From assembly GCA_030390025.1 (NCBI GenBank), contig CM059430.1:52080001-52144000 (forward strand): a DNA stretch of 64,000 nucleotides, in the 5' to 3' direction. Position 1 is the first letter of the stretch. Every line of letters begins with the position of its first letter. Positions 50,197-61,812 of this stretch are shown here, piece by piece. The translations under genes were made by a program, and so were the position numbers. The notes beneath the pieces were generated by a model that was given only the letters and a program-made list of their open reading frames with translations, did no database searches and had not been told where the DNA came from. This DNA is from Squalus acanthias (lineage: Eukaryota).

Positions 50197-53100
50197 TTTG
50201 TTTCTCTCTCCACAGATGCTGCTTGACCTGTGGAGCATTTCCTGTTTTATTTCAGATTTCCAGCATCTGCAGTATTTTGCTTTTGTATCATTTGGAGCGA
50301 GATTGTTCAGGAACATGTCTGAACTCCAGACACCAGTTGGAGTGAGATTGTTCAAGAAGAAGGCTGATATCTGTGTAGCTGAAGCATGAAGACAAGATTT
50401 GACTTGATGGATGTGTGCTATGAGACAATCGTAAGGTGGCAGCGAATTCAGACAGCTCACATGGAGGCTCAGAAACAGCTGCTGGCCCAATGGTGCCTCT
50501 GACACTTTGTGGAATGGTCTCTAGTCAGCTGTTACAAGGCCTGTAAGAGCAGCCTGGGTGACTCTCCCTCTGGGAAAACACTTATCCCCCACTCAATACC
50601 CCCTCTGACGGCATGGTTCAGATCAACAATTCACCATATAAGGAATTGCAGGAAGAATGGTGCAGTGTATTTGTGCTCTCATAACCAAACCACTTACATG
50701 TGTTTCATTATCATTTTTACTTTCATTTATGTGAAATACCAATGTTGGGCACAGTGAAAGTTAGATCAAGAGATATATAATGGACCTGACTCACATTGTA
50801 TTTTTCTTCCCTGGTGTTTTCTATTTGAAACTATAACATTTGAGTTGAGAGACACAGATAATGATTCTGATCACACTGGATAAATAACCATTTGTTTTAA
50901 TCAGCCTTGCTTACCCGGTGCAAACAAATTCTAATTTACTAAATAAAGCCACCAGCTGCTGAAATGACACAATATCACCAATCCAACAGGTTGAGATTAG
51001 CAATGGAAGAAAACGAATCACACATCCAGATTAAGCATTTACCCCTAAACACAACCATTCTCTCCACTGCCATTCTGGTAGTGACCCAGTGTCTAGGGCA
51101 TGGTGGCACACTCAACTGAATGGTGATTCCACCCTGTGATTTCCCCACAGTGAGTACCTGATCTCAGCCTGGCTGCTTAAGGAGATATTGGCCCCGATGT
51201 TGATCTGAAGGTGGTTTCGGGGTGGGGGGTGGTGGGGGTTTGGAATTGCGTGGGTGAAACACAGAAATCAACTCAGCGATCGTAACTGAATTAAAGCAGT
51301 AACTTTTGACCCCTGGGTTTCGCACGACCAGGCCGCGCAGCGGGTGTGATGCATACCCACATGACGCAATCTCAGCTCTATTTAAAGGGACAATGCACAA
51401 ATGGAAATTGGAGGAGCCAGGAGGTGTTTACGATGGATGCAGATAGAGCAAGGGCAGCACCCAGATTTACTGCTGGGTGCAATCAGGAGGAGGAGGGACA
51501 TACTTTTCCCCAGCAATGGGAGGAAGAAACCTGTGGCTGTCACCAAGAAGGCATAGTTAGAGGTGGCTGAGGAGGTGAGCAGGAGGAGTCTTGGATGCAG
51601 TGCAGGAAGTGATTTAATGACCTAACCAGGTCAGGAAAGTGTGGACATTGGCTGATTCACCTACATCCTGTGGTTTAAGCCTACCCACCTCTTTCACTCT
51701 GTCTTACCAAGTGTACTCCATCACATCACTCCTCACACCTACTCAGCAGCACCCAGCCTTCACTCTCTATGCACTTCATCACTTTCCCATTTAACCATCC
51801 ACCGTTGCCACTCACCCCAATCCTTACGCAATGTGATGCAACTGACTCATAGTCACCCTCACTGAATGCACTGCATCCATCCGGTGAATACCTGACCTTC
51901 ACTTACTCACGGCTCTGTTTTCTCGCCCTGTAGGAAAAGTGAGTGCAAAACGCAAGGGAGAGGGAGAGGGAGAGGACTGGAGGTGGGCCGCCAGCTCACT
52001 GAAGGAGAGGAGGATGGCTGGAGATAAGTGGCATATCTGCATCCCTCTCAATTGGAGATGGAGAGACACGGAACTCACAGATAGCTGGTAACAGAATTAC
52101 AAATATCTCTGACACACATATGCTGACTTTATTTCATCAATGACTGAACTGTGAGAAGACTGAGTATGGTGATTGTCAAGATTGTGATTTTGCAATGATT
52201 AAATCAAATCCCTTTCTTTTGAATTCCAGGGCCTTCACACGTACAGCAAGTGTCACGGGACATGCACGAGGACCTCATTCCATCTGAGGATGCACCGTCA
52301 CAGGACGTACAGCCATGCACCAGTGCAAATACTCACACTTCGGTGGGTCCACTTAGACAGTTAGTTGGGTTTACACCTGGTGATTCATTACTCACAAGTG
52401 AGCACGAGCAGACAATGGTGGAAGAGACAGCTGTGGAGAGTCCGCATCGGAGGGCACAATCCTCTCCAAGCTCTGCTCAGTTGGACACAGATGCTGAACC
52501 CCGGGGGCTATCGTTCAGAAGGAGAATGCTAGAGGTTCATCAGCAACTTAGCCAGGTACTGACAGACGTGCCACGCACAGTCTTCACAATTGCTGAGAGG
52601 ACGGAGGAGTTCAGCTCGATCGCTAGTGGATTGGTGGTGCAGGGAATTGCAAGAATGTCTGCCATGGAGAGAGTGGCCGTCTCCATGGAGCTTCAAGCAC
52701 AGCTCTCAATTGGTTCCATGCAGGCCATAACCACAGCCATGCAGACCTCGGATGCCAACCTGACTGCCGTCTTAGACAGGATAACAGATACCTTATCCGT
52801 GGCCTTACAACACATCACTGATTTTCACCAAGCTGGTCTGCAGCAAAGTGGTAGGAGTGATGTGGCCCTGGCCCATGAGAGAGATGATGGCGATAGGGGA
52901 CATAAGAACGTAAGAATTAGGAGCAGGAGTAGGCCATACGGCCCCTCGAGCCTACTCCGCCATTCAATAAGATCATGGCTGATCTTTGACCTCAACTCCA
53001 CTTTCCTGCCCTATCCCCATATCCCTTAATTCCTCTGGAATCCAAAAATCTATCTATCTCAGCCTTGTATATACTCAACGACTGGGCATCCATAGCACGT

Positions 53101-53587
53101 TGGGGTAGAGAATTCCAAAGATTCACAACCCTCTGAGTGAAGAAATTCCTCCTCATCTCAGTCTTAAATGGCCGGCCCCTTATCCTGAGACTATGCCCCA
53201 TAATTCTAGACTCTCCAGCCAGGGGAATCAATCTCTCAGCATCTACCTTGTCAATCCTCCTCAGAATCGTACATGTTTCAATGAGATCAGCTCTCATTCT
53301 TCTAAACTCCAGAGAGTAGAGACCCAATCTACTCAATCTCTCCTCATAGGACAACCCTCTCATCCCAGGAATCAATCTAGTGAACCTTCATTGCTCCGCC
53401 TCTAAGGCAAGTTTATCCTTCCTTAAATGAGACCAAAACTGTGCACAGTACTCCAGGTGTGGTCTCACCAGAGCCCTGTACAATTGTTGCAAGACTTCCT
53501 TACTCTTGTACTCCAACCCTCTAGCAATAAAGACCAACATGCCATTTGCCTTCCTAATTGCTTGCTGTACCTGCATGCTAACTCTCT

Positions 53588-55009
53588 GGGCTGAATTTTC
53601 TGTGGTTGTAGCGGACGTGATCGGTGGTGGGTCGGGTGGGAAAGTTGTTTTTTTTGACAGCAGGTCGGGAACCCGCTGTCCTCTCGCTCCCACGTGCCTT
53701 TCTCACAGGCGCGTCTGTCATCGTGGAGCCGACCCAACCTGCAGCGGTGGGGGACCCAATTGAAATCATTATGAGGTACTTTACAGGTACTTAAGAGCTT
53801 TCTTCCTCTACTTTTTGAATTTCCCTGCATGGCCACAGGATTCACGCAGCTCGCAACCATGTCTGTCAACCTGAGGCGTGAGTTCCGTGGCCATTGCTCC
53901 AGCTGATGACTTGACAGCATGGAAAACAAAACCAAAATAAAAACATGTTGATCACATTAGCTAACAGATTGATGGAGATTCTGTTCTACTTGAAAAGCTA
54001 CTGGTAATGTTAATTCAGAAATTCCTGAAGGGATGTAAGTGCTACCCTCGATGGTGAGGGAAATACATTTTTCACTGACCATTCTCGGCTGTTGCCTTCC
54101 AACTCAACAGTAATTGCAGTGAATTGATCTGCACTATAAAAAATGACATATACCATTTAAATACATTTCTGTGTTATTTCTGGTCAGGTTTTTCTCACAG
54201 TATATTGTGATTGTCCAGTTACACATTAAATCAAGTCATCAACTGTAACAATTTCATTCTCATCACTCATTCCACTGGTTCAATTTGCTTTCAGTCCCTG
54301 AATATGACTAATTTAATTTTTCAGTCTGAGACTTTAGGGTGAATTTCTGCAGAGGTTCTCTCACTTGTCCATTGTTAACTTCAACGGAAGAGTGCAGAAA
54401 TCCCAGAAACACATTGTACGCACCACATACACTGTTTGTCAGGGATTCCACAGCTCTTCCGCTGAACTTGCACAAAATTGTAAATCCACCCCACCCCTTT
54501 ACAGTTATATTTAAAATCTGCTTAATTTTATGTATTACCTATACACACACATCTTTTATTTGTACCAGTTACTGATACAAAAGTCTATAGATTTGTGACT
54601 AAAGCACCAATAACTTCCCAATTAATGTACTTTTTAAAATTATGTTCTTGATTGTATTTGTAGATGGAGTCATGTTACTTAATGATAATATTATTTCAAT
54701 ATTTCTTTGTCACTCATACATAACTTTTATTATATTATTGCACAGTAAAGATTCAACACCCACTATGTTGGATTAAACTTAAAATTTAATGGGGCCATGG
54801 TCCCTTTCAGGATCCCAGCTTAAAACGTGTCATGAGTGATGTCACCAGACCCACTCCATCTCATTGGGCTGGGTAACACACTGGGCGGGCTTAATAGGCC
54901 CCATTAAGGTAAGTTCATTTTCTACAGAGGGATGGAGCCAGCAGCGGGGTCGCGACCTGCCACCAACACTGGCCTCACCGGACCCACCAAGGTAAGGAAA
55001 ATTCCGGCC
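53588..55009. mobile_element. Non-autonomous Harbinger-type element (1.4 kb)
   Basis: TIRs GGGCTGAATTTTC and GAAAATTCCGGCC with TSD TCT. The right subterminal region is homologous to 49995-50196. Confidence 0.85.
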
Positions 55010-55069
55010 TCTGTGTTTCTTGTACTAGGACACCCAAATCTCTCTGAACACCAACATTTAATAGTTTCT

Positions 55070-55562
55070 ATTACACCCCTGTACATACGCTTGGTGAATT
55101 ACAATAGCTTTCTCTTATGTCCGGTGGTCTTGAAAGGCGCTGTATAAATGTAACTCTTTCTTTCTTTCTACGTGGTGCATCCTGTGTGGCTTCAGCAGAG
55201 GTAGAGGCAGGCTGCTCAGATCCCTGCCCTGACTGCGGAGATGCCCCTTTTTTCTTTTTTTTTCCCCTCCTAGAAGCTGGCAGCTGTCCTTCATTCTGCC
55301 AGTGCATTTCACACTTCTTTCAGCCTTAACCTGTCACATTAACACCACCTCTTGCCTTGAATATCTCTTAATGTCTCTTAATCTCTCCTTTTGTTCTTTC
55401 ATCCCCTCCCCCTTTTCCCAGCTTTATCCTTGCCTTAAATCTATTTGATTTCCTGCTGTTTCCAGTTCTGATGAAAGGTCTCGACCTGAAACGTTAACTC
55501 TGTTTCTCTCTCCACGGATGCTGCCTGGCCTGCTGAGTTTTTCCAGCGTTTTCTGTTGTTAT
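55070..55562 (+). mobile_element. Penelope-like 3' end/pLTR with a captured inverted copy of flanking DNA at its 5' end
   Basis: 13-bp TSD TTTAATAGTTTCT at 55057 and 55563. 55073-55244 is the reverse complement of 55813-55976. Confidence 0.85.
55464..55499 (+). ncRNA. Minimal hammerhead ribozyme motif (Penelope pLTR)
   Basis: AGTT-CTGATGA-A-AGGTC(TC)GACCT-GAAA-CGTT-AACT, with palindromic AACGTT. Confidence 0.75.
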
Positions 55563-57475
55563 TTTAATAGTTTCTCACCATTTAAAAAAGATTCTGTTTT
55601 TCTATTCTTCCTACCAAAGTGAATAACCTCACATGGAAGTGGGAACTCCACTCAAAGCGCTCCCACTTCTCACCCATTGCCCCCCTCCTCAGCCAGTACC
55701 CGACATGTTGCTTCGTCTCCTGATGTCCGAGTCTGCCCCTGCACAGGTGCAGGTGGAGCAGTCTTTGGCAGGGCCCTCAGGGGCTCCGAAACCCACAGGT
55801 CGGAGGCCAAGAGCATCTCCGCAGTCAGGGCAGGGATCTGAGCAGCCTGCCTCTACCTCTGCTGAAGCCACACAGGATGCACCACGTAGAAAGAGTTACA
55901 TTTATACAGCGCCTTTCAAGACCACCGGACATAAGAGAAAGCTATTGTAATTCACCAAGGGTATGTACAGGGGTGTTCTACAAGATGTTTTGTTGTTAAG
56001 TCTCCTTTTCTTAGAAGGACACATAAAATTGATTGCTTAGCACCACTTCCATATCTTGCCCATCATTGCATCCCGAGTGTCAACTTGCACTTTCACATGT
56101 TTAATGATGAATGTCAATACATGCCAGAACCCATTGGGTGGATGTGTGGTTGAAGGAAGGTTTAGTGCAAGGTGGGGTAGGGGTTTGCTGGTGGTGTGAG
56201 CGGGCCGGAAGATCTCATTTGTGTTATTTTCCTGTGTGAGTCAACACTAGCTGAACCTTCGCATTTTTAGGGCATCCTGGGCGGCAATGTATGCGGCTGG
56301 TCTGGCGATGGATGCCCCATCTTCATCCTCCTCCTCCTCCTCCATGTTCTCCTCATTCAAAGATTGATGAGCCCCTTCGTCCTCCTCCACCTGCAATCCT
56401 CTCTGCTGTGCAATGTTGTACAGGACGCAGCGCCCCACTATTACCAGCGGCTGTGGAAGTCACCACGGTCCTCAATTATTTTGCCTCCGGTTCCTTCCAG
56501 CTACCAGAGACATATCGAGGGTCTCGCAGTCCATTGCACGTAAATTTATAAGGCAGGGGACGGATGGATTGTTTGCCAGTGGAGTTATGTAAACTTCCCC
56601 TGTGATGACAATAGCCAGAATGAGCGGGCACTCGCACTCACCTCCCTGGCTGGATTCCTCTTCTGATGTGTTGCCAAACACATCCAACACGCTTCCCATC
56701 CTGATCTGGTCAGTTTGAAAGCCTCCAAAGTTTAGAAAAAGCTGCATCCACACAAGAACTCACTGCCAAACATTTGCCAGAGGGAACTTTGACACCAGCT
56801 GTAATAAGTGAGATTTTATTTAGATAGGGCAATCACAACTTTAAATACCCACCTGAACTGCAGCTCAATCTCATCTCCATTTCACTGGTTACCCCCAGGA
56901 AACCCGTGCTGGAGGCGGTAAATTTAAAGCTAAGTCTAATTCAATGTAAAAAGGCCTCTTTAACATCTCATAAGGATATTACTTGCTGTTAACTGCCCGC
57001 CTGTACTAATTTCAGCGAGTAGTTTACTCACAGGCATCCAAATGTACCTCCATTAAACAGCTGGAGCCAGTCTGCGATCGCAATCTAAAATGAACTTATT
57101 TTAACTACCCGCCCGCCCCCAACTCACTTGTTCTTGGGGTTAAAATTCCCCCCATTAGGTCAGGGAAAGAAGGAGGACAACTTAACATATGGCACTCTGG
57201 CGCCCCTCCTGGTGAACAGTTCAAATGAAGCAGCAGCCTAGAGACAAGTAATGTACACTGCCAGTTGGTTGGTGAGTGGTGTGTGACATGGCGAGATCCT
57301 AAGGGAGTCTCTAACTCAAAGGAAAGGGGAGGGGAGGAAAAGCATTCTGATTTGGTTTAGGGACAAAATTGGAGATGTTTGTTACTAAGTAGTTGGTTTA
57401 ATTGGTCTTGACGATGACTTCAATGCTACTTACACTGTACATTCTGCCATGCAGTCTTACTCATCTGTGAGTAAA

Positions 57476-57712
57476 AGAGACTTGTATTTTTATAGCATCT
57501 TTCATGACCTCAGGACGTCCTAAAGCATTTTACAGCCAATGAAGTACTTTTTGAAGTGTGTTGTACTGTAGGAAACACAGCAGCCAATTTGCACACAGCA
57601 AGGTCCCAAAAACTGCAATGTGATAAAGACCAGATAAACTGTTTTTAGGTGTTGGTTGAGGGATAAATATTGTCCAGGACACGAAGGAGAACTTCCCTGC
57701 TCTTCTTTGAGT
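57476..57712 (-). mobile_element. Deu-domain SINE 3' half
   Basis: Reverse complement of the tail and part of the Deu domain. Confidence 0.8.
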
Positions 57713-57839
57713 ATGGATATCTGAGCCTCTTCTCTCCTCTCTCCCTCTCAGTTGTCAGAAGATGCTGTGTAGTTAGAACGTCTCCCAGTTTGTCTTCTTT
57801 CAATTTTAGGCCCCATCTACTGTGGGGTAACAATCATAG

Positions 57840-58170
57840 CAACATTGTATTTATATAGAACCTTCAATGTAAAAATAAATCCCAATGTACTTGTGGAATA
57901 GAAGTACATATACCGAACCATGGAGGGAGAGATTAGGAAGTGTAACTGAAGCTTGGTCAAAAAGTTGCATTTCAAAATGGGTTTTAAAGATCGAGAAGTG
58001 GTGGGGTTTAGGGAGGGAGTTCCAGAGAGTAGGGCTGAGGCGGTAAAGAGCTCTGCCATCAGAAGGGGATGCACAAAGGTTTAGAGTCAGAGGGGAAGGG
58101 ATACAAGACTGGAGGAGATTGCAAAGATAGGATGAGGTGAGATCTTGGGAGGGATTTGAAGCTCAGGACA
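57840..58170 (-). mobile_element. Old L2 3' fragment
   Basis: Reverse complement resembles 25000-25390 (CTCTGGAA.TCCCTC.CTAAAC, ATAAAT.CAA.GTTG). Confidence 0.65.
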
Positions 58171-59950
58171 AGGACCACATAGCGGGCCAAGTGGGACCTG
58201 ATAAAATGAATCCTTTATGTGTAGGATTGTGCTACTACTGAAACTCAGAAATGCAAAGTTAAAAGACAGTGATAATTATAAACTGCTCTCCAGCCTGTTT
58301 TCAGCGATGTCAACAGGAGGATGAAGTGGAGGGAATTGGATTCCCGGTGGCAGGAAATCCTATTGATAGTATCTGATTTGTGCCCAAAATCTGATCTTAA
58401 CTATAGTATGGACACCTGCAGGGAAAATACATTTCCTGGGATGTGCAGTCCAGGTGCAGAAATTGGAATGCCCAGGGGCCCAATAGTACCGTGTGAAATA
58501 CTGGTAGATGAACACAGTGAGTTTGTCTGAAATCCCCCTCTCTGTTATATTAACAGAGGTGTTAACCTTTTTATTTTGTATGGGTTGATCCCGCCACTAA
58601 AATAACGGAAAGAGGAACTTCAGAAAAGCTCATTCAGTGTTTGTCCACGTGTGCCATGCTGTAGTTGAGGGGTTGTTCAAGCCACAGTTTCCTTTCTACA
58701 CAATAATATTCTGTTAATTTTTTTAAAAACCCACAAAGCCTTCATAACAGTTCTTTTACATATCAGCCTAACAAACAAGGCGAAACTCATTTAAATACTT
58801 ATACACAGGCAAAAATAGCAGCTTATCTCTGTATTTAGTTCTGGTCCTGTTCTACGCTTGTTAAATGTCATAATTTGTTTGTCAAATTAGATTGCACAGT
58901 AAAGATCCCACTGTGCTATTGTACCTAAATACAACATGGGCATTGTTCTAAAAGAGCAGGTGTTTTAGGAAACCTGCCTGGACCCTTTTCCCCCCCCGAA
59001 GACTGCAAGAATATATCAACGTAACAGGGCTTTAGAACCAATGTGTCACGTCAATGACTTGAGACATTCAGCTCCTCACCAATCCCCAATTATGTCACAA
59101 AACACATTAAGCAGACCTGTCACTGTTCCATTTGACTCTCAAAAGGCCGTTTTGCATTATATATCAGGAGCAGGAGAGCAATGCCAACATAAGCTCCATG
59201 TGCTGGTCGCCCGCTTGTATGTTGTTCTTAGCCTCCACTCCCCTGTAGGCCTGTTGGAGGCCGATTCATAAAATGGAGACCTGGTTTTCTGCACATGTGC
59301 AATGGTTGTATGAGAGAGGAGGCAGAGAAGAGAGATGATTCTTCTCAGTAGAATTTAAAAGAACCTGCAGTTGCAGGCCTGGGGACATTGAGCCAGCCCA
59401 GCGCATCATGTTTGACTCTGGCATCATATAATTGCAGAAGAGGAAGGCCATTCAGCCCATCTAGCTTCATCCAGCCAGAGCAATCCGAAGGCTTCCCCCC
59501 AATGTAGCATCCAATTTTCTTAAGTGAGTCCCTTGAGGATAATCTTTTAACCTCATAAATAGGGTTAATTTCACTACTCTCTCATTGTTGATTTTTTTAA
59601 AAAGAGACTGTATTCAAATAATTATTAAGGTTTATATTTTGTATATATTTTAAATTCGCTGCTCTATTTGGATGTTTATTCCATACGCTGACCACTCTTT
59701 GTGTGAAGAATAATTTTCTGATATCTGTCCTAAAAGTATCCATCTCTCGTCTGAACCTGTGTCCCCTTGTCCCACATCTGTGGTTTAATTTAAAGTTATA
59801 TTCCGGCTTAACATTTTCGATACCTGTAACAATCTTACAAGATCGGATGCCTAATTTCCAGGCTGAAAAGCCCAAGTTTCTCCTGTTTTCTTCATAGCTC
59901 AGGGAGAGCTAGCCTCGCGGCTCTTTGCACAGCACAAGCATGCTGATGTG

Positions 59951-60049
59951 GCTCTTCCCAGTTCTGATGAAAGGTCATCGACCTGAAACGTTAACTCTCT
60001 TTCTCTCTCCACGGATGCTGCCTGGCCTGCTGAGTTTTTCCAGCGTTTT
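59951..60049 (+). mobile_element. Very short Penelope pLTR insertion
   Basis: Nearly identical to 55462-55555. Possible 8-bp TSD CTGATGTG at 59943 and 60050. Confidence 0.8.
59960..59996 (+). ncRNA. Minimal hammerhead ribozyme motif
   Basis: AGTT-CTGATGA-A-AGGTC(ATC)GACCT-GAAA-CGTT-AACT. Confidence 0.78.
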
Positions 60050-60643
60050 CTGATGTGCTGAACTGGCTCCGTGTATTTAGCACCACACTACAGGGTTGTT
60101 TATTCTGGCAAGACGTTCGAAAGCCATAGGCGTACACTGATTCTGGGTGCTGGGATAGCGCCAGTTTGTACCTTTCGCGTGGCATCAACTTTGGGAGACC
60201 CGCACGTCCATCAGTGACCGGTGCTCACGTAATGTACCAACCCCTTAAATACTCTGTCCCAGAGACAAAGCTGTTAGCGCTTTGCCAACCCAGTATTTTG
60301 TAATACAGGCCCCACCACTTACGATGCTTATCAAGGGCAGCTGCCTATATTGGGCAAATGCTGCTGACCATTACCATAGGAGTCAATTACAAGGGCACTG
60401 CTTACAACATACTGTATTCAGCGGGCCGACTATTTCAGGCAGTTCAATAAGTTCTTCAATAAGCTTGCACCTCGTTAATCCCCTGTATTTGTGAATTTCC
60501 TACATTACAACAGTGACTACACTTCAAAAAGTGCTTAATTGGCCGTAAAGCGCTTTGGGATGTCCGGTGGCCGTGAAAGGTGCTCTATAAATGCAAGTCT
60601 GTCTTTCTTTCTTTCTCAATCAGTCCTTTGTCTTGGTAACAAA

Positions 60644-61120
60644 GGGCCAGCTGTGGCTCAGTTGGTAGCACACTCGCCTCTGAGTCAGAAGGTTGTGGGT
60701 TCAAAGTCCCACTCCAGGGACTTGAACACATAAAGCTAGGCTGACACTCCAGTGCAGTGTTGAGGGAGTGCTGCACTGTCGGAGGTGCCGTCTTTTGGAT
60801 GAGATGTTAAACCGAGGCCCCGTCTTCTCTCTCAGGTGGATGTAAAAGATCCCATGACACTATTTCGAAGAAGAGCAGGGGAGTTATCCCTGGTGTTCTG
60901 GCCAATATTTATCCCTCAACCAACATAACAAAAAAACAGATGATCTGGTCATTATCACATTGCTGTTTGTGGGAGTTTGCTGTGCGCAAATTGGCTGCCG
61001 CGTTTCCCACATTACATCAGTGACTCCACTTCAAAAAGTACTTCATTGGCTGTAAAGTGCTTTGAGACGTCCAGTGGTCGTGAAAGGCGCGATATAAATG
61101 CAAGTCTTTCTTTCTTTCTT
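60644..61120 (+). mobile_element. Full-length Deu-domain SINE (SacSINE1-like), preceded by a second tail fragment at about 60495-60615
   Basis: A box TGGCTCAGTTGG, B-box-like GGTTCAAAGTCC, Deu domain, L2-like tail and (TTTC)n. Confidence 0.92.
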
Positions 61121-61812
61121 TAACAGGATTCATCAAAGGCATCAATATAGAGCCGTAAAGGGGAAGAGAGGAAGAGAGAAATGCACAATCAAAACTGGCA
61201 GTGAATTCATAGGCTGTTTAATCCTTAGCGCCTGAATACTGTTTGGTTTCAGCCCGTTGAAAATACGTTAGTTAGCTTCAGTCTGTTAGAGCAATGGAAT
61301 AAGAAGGTTTAGCACTGAGATCGAAATGAGGAGACTTAACATATTATGGCTTAACCGGCTCATTGCTTCTAGCGGAGAAATCGCATTAACACCACTATAT
61401 AGGCTGTAGAGACTGTGTTGTATTTCTTATCCTTGAATAGACTCTCAACCGCAACCCATCCCCAAACCACACACAACAGTAAGCACAAGGAGGAAAAAAA
61501 ACAAAGAAAAGAAATCGACACCAACCAAAATCTAAAAAGACTGGGCAGAAGAAAGCCACTGTCCTCCAGAGGAGAAAGCATCTCTACCTGAAAGCCCACC
61601 CACAAAATACTGAATGCCTAAGACAGGCTAATACTAGAACTCCATCAGGGTAAATAATGAATTCCTCTACGGCCTATATTCTACAATACTAAAGTCTGAA
61701 GAAGTATGACCCAGACTAACGCTTGCTGCCTCACACTCATTGTACCTGGAGGGTATGAAATTCCTGTTTAACAAAAGAAGTTCATGTTTCTCTCGCAGCA
61801 AAAAAAAATATA

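Larger units (their letters stand above)
52901..55632 (-). mobile_element. 5'-truncated CR1 LINE inserted in the Harbinger and itself interrupted twice
   Basis: CR1 RT C-terminus at 52992-53587, 55010-55069 and 55563-55632. (TTCTTATG) tail at 52901. ACAT at both junctions. Confidence 0.88.
51190..57153. mobile_element. PIF/Harbinger transposon (Myb on +, transposase remnant mostly on -) hosting several nested insertions
   Basis: TSD ATT at 51187 and 57154. Myb exons collinear with the 20120 element, resuming at about 55631. Right end TTAAAATTCCCCCC. Confidence 0.88.

Noticed and set aside
49473-53029. NAIF1/MSANTD-like host genes (ORFs 49473-50090 and 52250-53029)
   Set aside because: They are Myb-gene remnants of Harbinger copies, broken by stops, deletions and a CR1 insertion.
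54337-54492. Small MITE nested in the 53588 element
   Set aside because: The ends are only weakly complementary and there is no clear TSD.
60644-60720. tRNA gene
   Set aside because: The A/B-box region is the head of a SINE and runs directly into the Deu domain. The same applies to the other tRNA-like heads.
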